Assembly (NCBI GenBank): GCA_035292785.1
Contig: DATDPK010000052.1
Location: forward strand, 1 to 49,311
Reading direction: 5' to 3'
From: Candidatus Nanoarchaeia archaeon
GTDB taxonomy: Archaea; Nanobdellota; Nanobdellia; Woesearchaeales; ARS49
Length of the DNA stretch: 49,311 bases
Both the position numbers and the translations under genes were made by a program. Positions within the stretch are counted from its first letter, which is position 1. Every line of letters starts with the position of its first letter. The notes under the pieces are model-generated. The model was not told where the DNA came from and did not search any database. It saw nothing but the letters and a program-made list of their open reading frames with translations. Positions 33,572-41,049 of the stretch are shown here, piece after piece.

Positions 33572-36500
33572 ATTCAGCAAGCTCACGCTCCAATTCTTCC
33601 TTATGCTCCTCATAATATTTAGCAGTAATGCGAAGATGGGCGAATAATTCCTCCATTTCCTCCTTTGACAATAATCCTGCGCGCAACATCTTAAACCTGC
33701 CAAGCAAATCACGCCTTCTCTCCTCTGAAAGAGAATCAAGCATAGCGCGCAATTGTTTTAACGGGTCTTTCAAAACAGGCCTTTCCTTATGAACAATCCT
33801 GCGCAAACGCTCAAGAGCAGCCTCAAACTTCTTATGAGTCAGAGGCTTCTTCTTAATTTTCTTCTCAAGGTCAATCCATTCCTTATCTTCCAAAGCTTCC
33901 TCCTTGGCAAAAGAACGCAAGCGGGCAAGCTCATCAGCAGCAATCTTGGCAGCCTCGGGCCTTTCAACCGGCTTTTCAACCTTCTCAGGCTTTTTTTCTT
34001 TCACTGCCTTAAACAACAGGAAGCCGCCATAACCAAGAGCAGACAAAATCAACAATACCAACAAGAACCACAAGAAATTACGGAGCACTGAAGGCGGATG
34101 GGATGCTGGATCAAGAGGATCGTAGCCACGCTCAAGCTCAACACCATCCTTCCACCAATCACCATCAGTATCCTTTTTAGTTGGATTAGTGCCTGCCTGG
34201 AACTCCTGCAAATTAGTCAAGTCATCATTATCAGGATCTGCGTCAACAGCTGCTTCAGGACAATCAATGCAGCCAAAGTAATCCATACGCCACTTGTCAT
34301 TAATTCCATCATCCAAACTAAACTTCTGAGACAATGAACAGCCGGTTTCATCAACCTCCTCACCAAAAGGAGTGCCAAGACACTTGTCCATATCATCAGA
34401 AATTCCGTCCTCATCAAGGTCGCCAATCGGCTCAGAAGTGCACGCTTTAACCCGAGGGTCGCAAGCCAATCCTTCAATACAGTCAAAACTATCCTCACAA
34501 TTCTTGCCCTCACCACAACGCTCGCAAGAGCTGCCGCAATCAATGTCTGTTTCTCCTTCTGACAATACCTTATCATAGCAAGGAGGCGCGTCTGTGCAAA
34601 CATTTGTGTTAAGATTGCAGTAGCCAGATGAGCAGTCGTTATGCGTAATGCAACGCAAGTCATTCGTGCATTTTTTACAATTCGGGCCACCGCAATCAAC
34701 ATCAGACTCAAGACCGTTCATAACGCCATCTTCACAACTGGCAACCTTGCACACATTGCCAACACAATAATTAGTGGCACAATCAGGATTAGACAAGCAA
34801 GACATACCTGCTTCACAGCCGTCACAAACCTCTCCGCCACAATCAATGTCTGTTTCATCACCATCCCTGTCACCATCCAAACATTGAGGAGGAGTCTGGG
34901 AAATATCAACAACAAAACCATCGCTATCCATAGACTCGCTCTCAAGGCCAACACGGTTAACTGCCTTAACTCTGAGGAAATATCTCTTGCCGTTGACTAA
35001 ACGGAAAGAAGAGCCGTTTGCAGCAGTGCTGATGTAGAAAGGCTTTCCGCTCGTGACATTTGAAACAAGATTGGAAAATACAACCTGACGGTCCTGCATC
35101 AGGGTTACAAGATAATAAGAAATATTGCTGTCAGCATCCTCTGCCAGGAAAGCAGCACGAACTTTAGTCTGAGACCAAGAAACCTCAGGGTCAGAAAGAA
35201 CACCAGTATCATCAACATACTTCATAACAGGAGGGGTGGTGTCAACAATCACAGAAATATCAATAACATCAGACTGCTCGCCACCACCAGTTGAGCATTT
35301 AACATAATACTCATACCTGCCAGGAGAGCTCACAGTAACCGGCTGGAACTGGGCATACAAACTCCTGCACGCACCCATACATATCGTAGTATCATCAGGA
35401 CTCTCGCCCATATAACAAAACACGTGCTTGTTTGCAATAACACCAATCGTAAAGTTCAAAGTCCCAAAGCCCTCAGGGGTATTGCTTGAAACACTCAAAG
35501 GCAAAGAAGTGTCAATGCTGAACTTAACCTCAGCAGGAGAAGTTGTAAGGCCATTCAAACCCTTGCACACAACCCAATACGAGTAAGATTTCTCCTCAGT
35601 AACATTAACATCAACACTCAAACTTTGCTTTGGATACAAATCAAAGCCAGGGAAAAAGCCATCCATAGCTTCAAAATTACTTGTTGAAGCAGAATACTTG
35701 CAAAAGCCAGGCTTGCTTATCTGGGCCTTGAGCGTTGTGACAAACAAATTCTGGCCAGGAATGTACTGCTCAGCAATCACAGAGGGTTCTGCAAAAGCCT
35801 TAATCAATCTTGGAGCTTCAGGATCAAGCGTAATGTTGAAAGAACGCTGAGAAACTCCGAACGGAGGCATATCACAATAAACGTGCAACGGATAACCGCG
35901 AGTCTCTCCAAACGGAATAGAAAGCTCCGGAGAATCGTGAATGGTATTTTTACCTGAAAATGCCTTGAAAAACACGAAGTCATCGGGATTTGGAGCAGAA
36001 GGAACATCGTAAACGTACCTGCATTCGCCAGGCATAGCAGTTTCAACAGAAGCACTAAAGACAGAATAAGCAGTAACGCCAAAAGAAGGCTTTATCAAAC
36101 GGAAACTGGGCTTAACAGTTGCAACAAAGAAACCACTCTGCTTGAACACATCAAGAAGATTAAAGCCCTGAGCATTAACTTCAATAACATATTTGCCGCC
36201 TGTGACATTGCCAACTTTTGCAGTGAAAGTATAATTATCAGCACTCTTGAACAAATCAGTAATATCCCTTGGAATACTTTCCTTGACATAAGGACTCACA
36301 AAACTCTCCTGCAGCAAAAGAATGCTTTTCAACATAACAGGACGAGAAAAGTTCAATAAAATATCGATAATCGTCTTGTTCAAAACAGAACCATCAGGAG
36401 GAGAGATTTCAACACCTGCCAAAGACGGGTCGACAACCAAACGCAAAGAAATGCCAGGAGGGTCCATCAAAATGGATTTTTGATTCTGAGCATTCGAACT

Positions 36501-38615
36501 GAAATTATAAGTTCCGTTTAACTGAGAGACAGGAGAAAAGCTGTGAGTTGTCAAAAAGCCAGAAGTAGACTGGGACAAAGCAATAACTTCACCGCCCCTT
36601 GAAATCTCTGCAAAAGAAATTTGGGCAGGCTCGTCAAAAGTCAAGGTAAATGTAGGCGAATTGGCAGAAGTGTAAATAGTACTGCCAATCAATCTACCGC
36701 CTGTAACAGTCAAGTTCAGCAAAGTCGGGCCTTGGCAGTTATCACAAGCGTTTACCGTGATGTTGTTAACAACCTCGCGATTGTTTGCGGCATCAATGCT
36801 GAAAAAGCGAATGTTGTTATTGCCAACAGCAAGGCTTGCCAGCACTCTCTGGCCATCCTTCAATACAAGATTTTTAACAAGCAATTTAGAACTGTTAACC
36901 ACAATAGGGAAAGCGCTGGCAACACTGCAGGAACTTGTCGAGTTCACAACACACAAATAAGTCCTGTAGCCAGGACGAGAGACCATATCAATAGGAGGGG
37001 CTTTCCTGCTCAGCTTATCGAATATTCTAATGTTCAAAAAATCAGTCCTGCCAGCAACACCGGTTGGAATCAAAGAAGTGATAGGAGGGAAATAATCAGC
37101 CTCACACTTATTATCGCTCGCCTTACAATCAGGAGCAACACTTCCTCCAGCATTCTTAACACAACCAGCAGTTTCAAAATACTGGCAGACCTTAATGCCA
37201 CAAACATCACTGCTTGAAGAAGAAAGAGAATTGTCTGAGTTAAGTTTTATGCCCTCGCCCGGGCTGCCGCACTGCAAGAAAGTATAATCAGCACAAGTTG
37301 CCTCATCACAACTCTTGCTGACCTTTGTGTCCTTGTCAAAAAAGCACGGATAATTCTGAGTGGACAAAGCAGTTGATTTTTCCTCACGACAGACATCCCA
37401 CACAGCATTAGTTGCGTTGGCATTCTCTATGCCGGCTGTTCCTTTAGAAGAACACAACGGGCAATTATTGTAACGCTTGTCAACACAAACACCAATACCC
37501 AAATCAGCAAAAACAGGATTCCACGAGCAATCGCCAGCACCGCAATTATCACGCTTACAGGCATCCTCTGACTTGTAATCATAACAACTCATACGAGGGT
37601 CGCAGGAATAACACTTGTTGACAACAGTTGTGCTCCTATCGAAAAAGCAATACTTGGAAACAAGACCTTTTTCACAAGTATCTGGAGTTGAATAAAGACC
37701 GAAAGGATCAAAGCTTACATCGCAAATTTCCTTTTTAACACAACGCGCACCATTTTCATCAGAAATGCAGAACTCCTTATTCTGAGAACTGCAAACCACT
37801 TTTGGAGAAGCCTGGAATAACTTGTTAACATCATTGCACTGCCAAGCCTGATTAAACTTTGTCCCAAACGCCAAAGCCACAGAGCCTGCAAATGAAGAGT
37901 TGAATTCTGAACCAGTATAACTGCCATAACCAAACCTGGCAAGATAATCATAAAACCTGTCGTATGCAAAAGAGGAAAGACAGAAAACAGCGCTGCTCTG
38001 CTGACTGCACTCAATATCACCAGCATTGCCAACAATTGTGGCAGCATCGCCGTCTCCTTGTGCTTTGTAATGGGCGATAACTTGGTAAGTGTAGTCAGTA
38101 TTCCACTCCAAAGCATCGTCTTCATCTGTAAATGAAGTCAAAGAAGGAGAATCAGCAATCTTCTTGAAAGCCTTGCAGTCCTTTCCCTCACAACGGGAAA
38201 CAGCTATATAATCAGCAGGACAAGGAACATTGAAAGACAAATGCAGTTTTCTCTCGCCCTTCACAGGCTTGACGATAATATTCTGAGGAGCAGGCTTGTA
38301 ATTCGGGCTGCCGCACAAACTTATCACACCACAATCAGCAGGACAAGACTGAGCATTTTCAGAAGCCTGGCAGACACCATCACCGCAAGTACCAGCACCA
38401 GGAGCAAAAACAGTCGCATTGCAGTGCTGACCGCACGTGATTAAAGCAGTTGGAGGAGGGCCAATGAAAATATAGCCAAGGGCATCACAAGCTGACTTTG
38501 TAGAAAATGAGCCGTTCTTGACAACAGGGTCACAACAGCAACCAACGCTCTGAGCAGAGCCCTGAATAGCAAAAATCGACAAGATTAGCAAAAATATAAT
38601 CAACTTTGAGGACAT
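33543..38615 (-). CDS. giant (~1690 aa) cysteine-rich type-I membrane surface protein (adhesin-like)
   Basis: ATG at 38613-38615 preceded by AGGTGGTG; the track start at 38651 is TTG. Sec-type signal MSSKLIIFLLILSIFAIQGSAQS. Cys-rich modules, fn3-like segments (YFLRVKAVNRVGLES), 3 x TDIDCGG repeats, TSP3-like Asp-rich repeats. A TM segment (FLWFLLVLLILSALGYGGFLLF) is followed by a 155-aa charged cytoplasmic tail. Confidence 0.85.
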   Translation of the reverse strand: MSSKLIIFLLILSIFAIQGSAQSVGCCCDPVVKNGSFSTKSACDALGYIFIGPPPTALITCGQHCNATVFAPGAGTCGDGVCQASENAQSCPADCGVISLCGSPNYKPAPQNIIVKPVKGERKLHLSFNVPCPADYIAVSRCEGKDCKAFKKIADSPSLTSFTDEDDALEWNTDYTYQVIAHYKAQGDGDAATIVGNAGDIECSQQSSAVFCLSSFAYDRFYDYLARFGYGSYTGSEFNSSFAGSVALAFGTKFNQAWQCNDVNKLFQASPKVVCSSQNKEFCISDENGARCVKKEICDVSFDPFGLYSTPDTCEKGLVSKYCFFDRSTTVVNKCYSCDPRMSCYDYKSEDACKRDNCGAGDCSWNPVFADLGIGVCVDKRYNNCPLCSSKGTAGIENANATNAVWDVCREEKSTALSTQNYPCFFDKDTKVSKSCDEATCADYTFLQCGSPGEGIKLNSDNSLSSSSSDVCGIKVCQYFETAGCVKNAGGSVAPDCKASDNKCEADYFPPITSLIPTGVAGRTDFLNIRIFDKLSRKAPPIDMVSRPGYRTYLCVVNSTSSCSVASAFPIVVNSSKLLVKNLVLKDGQRVLASLAVGNNNIRFFSIDAANNREVVNNITVNACDNCQGPTLLNLTVTGGRLIGSTIYTSANSPTFTLTFDEPAQISFAEISRGGEVIALSQSTSGFLTTHSFSPVSQLNGTYNFSSNAQNQKSILMDPPGISLRLVVDPSLAGVEISPPDGSVLNKTIIDILLNFSRPVMLKSILLLQESFVSPYVKESIPRDITDLFKSADNYTFTAKVGNVTGGKYVIEVNAQGFNLLDVFKQSGFFVATVKPSFRLIKPSFGVTAYSVFSASVETAMPGECRYVYDVPSAPNPDDFVFFKAFSGKNTIHDSPELSIPFGETRGYPLHVYCDMPPFGVSQRSFNITLDPEAPRLIKAFAEPSVIAEQYIPGQNLFVTTLKAQISKPGFCKYSASTSNFEAMDGFFPGFDLYPKQSLSVDVNVTEEKSYSYWVVCKGLNGLTTSPAEVKFSIDTSLPLSVSSNTPEGFGTLNFTIGVIANKHVFCYMGESPDDTTICMGACRSLYAQFQPVTVSSPGRYEYYVKCSTGGGEQSDVIDISVIVDTTPPVMKYVDDTGVLSDPEVSWSQTKVRAAFLAEDADSNISYYLVTLMQDRQVVFSNLVSNVTSGKPFYISTAANGSSFRLVNGKRYFLRVKAVNRVGLESESMDSDGFVVDISQTPPQCLDGDRDGDETDIDCGGEVCDGCEAGMSCLSNPDCATNYCVGNVCKVASCEDGVMNGLESDVDCGGPNCKKCTNDLRCITHNDCSSGYCNLNTNVCTDAPPCYDKVLSEGETDIDCGSSCERCGEGKNCEDSFDCIEGLACDPRVKACTSEPIGDLDEDGISDDMDKCLGTPFGEEVDETGCSLSQKFSLDDGINDKWRMDYFGCIDCPEAAVDADPDNDDLTNLQEFQAGTNPTKKDTDGDWWKDGVELERGYDPLDPASHPPSVLRNFLWFLLVLLILSALGYGGFLLFKAVKEKKPEKVEKPVERPEAAKIAADELARLRSFAKEEALEDKEWIDLEKKIKKKPLTHKKFEAALERLRRIVHKERPVLKDPLKQLRAMLDSLSEERRRDLLGRFKMLRAGLLSKEEMEELFAHLRITAKYYEEHKEELERELAEYGKKHRHKK
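34437..34883 (-). repeat. three tandem ~45-50 aa cysteine-rich modules within the giant protein
   Basis: Residues 1257-1405 of the track ORF. DETDIDCGGEVCDGCEAGMSCLSNPDCATNYCVGNVC / LESDVDCGGPNCKKCTNDLRCITHNDCSSGYCNLNTNVC / GETDIDCGSSCERCGEGKNCEDSFDCIEGLACDPRVKAC. Confidence 0.8.
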
Positions 38616-39931
38616 AACACCACCTGAAGAGGAACAGACTGACTGTCCCAATTATCTGAAATGCTCTTATCCTTTGCAAAAACAGCAATGGCAAACGCCT
38701 GACCTAATGCATCTGAAGGAATCTCATTATTCAAACTGCCAGGAACGTGAACATCAAAAGTTACCGGGTCTTCGTCAGGGTCAGAAGCGCGCAATTTTAT
38801 CACATAAGGATTCTGGCCGTCAGGACAAGGGTCGTTAATCTCAAGCTGAGAGTTTTCATCATCAAGCCTCACAACATTAATTCTTGCACCCCTTCCCTCG
38901 CCAGTAATGTGGAATTTAACATCGCTCAAAGGAGCAGTGTCGATATTCCACAAAGCAGGAATACGATTCCTGCGCGCAACCCAGAACTCAAAAGGCCTGC
39001 TCTTCACAACACTTTGAGCATCCTTGACAATAACAAGGCTGTTGTCTCCCAAAGGAACAGTTTCAACAGAAAAGGCATTGAAATTCTTTGCCTTAAATGA
39101 AACATCAGTCACGTCTCCATCAACAATTGATTTTACAAAATAATAAACAGTTGCAGGACGCACAGGCAGTTTGGCAGCAAACGAGTTAAGAACAACCTTG
39201 CCACCAGCAGTTGTAACCTCAACAGGCCAGGAAAGCTCAACATTAACATTCTGCTCGCCAGCAAACTGATAAGTCTCATTCGCAAAAATAAGGCTTGCAA
39301 CAGCATTGCCTGTTGAAAATGAAAAACGGTCCTTAAAAGAATTGAAATCAGCACACTCAGTTGTACGCTTGGCAATAAAGGATTCAAGAGTTTCCTGAAC
39401 AGAACCTAAAACAGGCTGGCCAGTATCAGGGTTAGTTCCCTTGTACAGCGGAGGAAGAGTGTTTTCGCCATAATAGCCGAAGAAAAGAGTCTGGCCATCA
39501 GCAAACGGAAAACCATTGAAAGGATAATCAGGAGACTCGGAGAAAAATGAGCAAGTCTCAAGCTTTGTAACATCCTGACAGACAGTCCCGCTGGGAGGAA
39601 TAACAGCAAACCTCACTTTCAGCTTTTCAGGATAATTCACATCTGCATACGAGAGATAATTAACTCCTTCAATGCCTTCATCGTTTACTCCGCCCTGCTC
39701 CTTGTACAAAACACCGCCCTGCTTGCCAAGCAAATCAAAAGCATCATTAGCAGCCAAAACCAGACAAGTCACAACATAATCATAAACAGGCTGAACGCCC
39801 AACTTTTCCAAAGCCAACTGCGAAGGAGTTGATTCCAATCTTTGCATTTTTCCGCCAACATACAAGGCAATACCAAAAGCCATAACTATCATAATGCCGA
39901 TAATTATGAACATTGTAATCTGAGCTTTCAT
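38600..39931 (-). CDS. large prepilin-like protein (443 aa) with a C-terminal cadherin/He_PIG-like Ig segment
   Basis: N-terminus MKA|QITMFIIIGIMIVMAFGIALYV. C-terminal motif KLRASDPDEDPVTFDV. ATGA overlap at 39928-39931. Confidence 0.6.
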   Translation of the reverse strand: MKAQITMFIIIGIMIVMAFGIALYVGGKMQRLESTPSQLALEKLGVQPVYDYVVTCLVLAANDAFDLLGKQGGVLYKEQGGVNDEGIEGVNYLSYADVNYPEKLKVRFAVIPPSGTVCQDVTKLETCSFFSESPDYPFNGFPFADGQTLFFGYYGENTLPPLYKGTNPDTGQPVLGSVQETLESFIAKRTTECADFNSFKDRFSFSTGNAVASLIFANETYQFAGEQNVNVELSWPVEVTTAGGKVVLNSFAAKLPVRPATVYYFVKSIVDGDVTDVSFKAKNFNAFSVETVPLGDNSLVIVKDAQSVVKSRPFEFWVARRNRIPALWNIDTAPLSDVKFHITGEGRGARINVVRLDDENSQLEINDPCPDGQNPYVIKLRASDPDEDPVTFDVHVPGSLNNEIPSDALGQAFAIAVFAKDKSISDNWDSQSVPLQVVLCPQS

Positions 39932-41049
39932 TTCTTAATCCTCAACTTGCCAGACATATCATTCCAGGCGTCGACAATGCTCCTCTGAACAACATTCTTT
40001 TTAGGAGGAGGCTTATTTGCAACAATGAAAAATTCTGTTGTAGAAGGCTGGGATTCGCAGTTTGCAGTATCGTCATAAATTTTCACAAGCCTGCCGCACG
40101 CATCACGAGGCAAAGTAATATTTTCAAAATACCAACCAGCATAATCCCTTTGAGCGGGAGTTACGTTAAACTCGTGGAAGCCATAAGCAGAATGAGAACT
40201 GCTTTTAGCCAAGTACAACTGCTTGAACGCAGGAGTGAAATTAAAGAAAGAATAATTGTACTCAGGAACATCAGTCTTATGAACAACAGTGAAAACATAA
40301 TTCTTCAATTTGTCAAAAGGCTGAATCAATAAATTATTCACTGAAGCAGACGGAGATGGGAAAGAGGCAACATTTGGCAAATAAAACACGCTTTGAATAT
40401 CGTGATTATACCACACGCCGCTACCGCAGCCATCAGCATCGTTGTCATTATTGATGGCGCTGTTGCACAATGATGCAGATTTGTTCAAAGCCTGCAAAGG
40501 AGAGGTGGAACTGTTAATATCAGTATTAATGCTCATACCGAATGCGACAGAACTTCCATATTTTACGACGCAGATGCTATTGGCACAATTGTCCAAACGC
40601 CTGCCACCTGGCTGCAAACAATGCAAGCGGATAAAGTTTGTCACAAGGCCATAATCAGTCAAATAATTGTACTTGTTCAAAACAGCATCATAACGGTCGC
40701 AATACAAAGCAAAATCATTTGGGTTATTGTTAAGAGCGAGATTCAACAATTGAAGAGCGACCAAGCGGGTGCGGGAACTCCACTTGCCATTATCACAATA
40801 ATTATCAGAAATATACTGCCCATTAGAGATGCACTTTGGCTTTAAAGAAGAATTAAGCTGGCTCCAATAACGGTCAGGGAAATTATCCCACTGCTCATTA
40901 TAAGAATTACTAATAAAACACTGGCCAGACTGCTTGCAAAAACCGGTTGACTTCCTATCCCAATTATAACTCACATTAACTTCAACCCAATCTGCAGCCT
41001 GAACGATTGAGGCAAGCAGCACAATAATCAAAAACCACTTCACTGACAT
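39928..41049 (-). CDS. secreted Cys-rich protein, 373 aa (Sec-type signal)
   Basis: N-terminus MSVKWFLIIVLLASIVQA|ADW. Many N-x-S/T sequons and Cys. 10-nt overlap with the upstream gene. Confidence 0.6.
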   Translation of the reverse strand: MSVKWFLIIVLLASIVQAADWVEVNVSYNWDRKSTGFCKQSGQCFISNSYNEQWDNFPDRYWSQLNSSLKPKCISNGQYISDNYCDNGKWSSRTRLVALQLLNLALNNNPNDFALYCDRYDAVLNKYNYLTDYGLVTNFIRLHCLQPGGRRLDNCANSICVVKYGSSVAFGMSINTDINSSTSPLQALNKSASLCNSAINNDNDADGCGSGVWYNHDIQSVFYLPNVASFPSPSASVNNLLIQPFDKLKNYVFTVVHKTDVPEYNYSFFNFTPAFKQLYLAKSSSHSAYGFHEFNVTPAQRDYAGWYFENITLPRDACGRLVKIYDDTANCESQPSTTEFFIVANKPPPKKNVVQRSIVDAWNDMSGKLRIKK

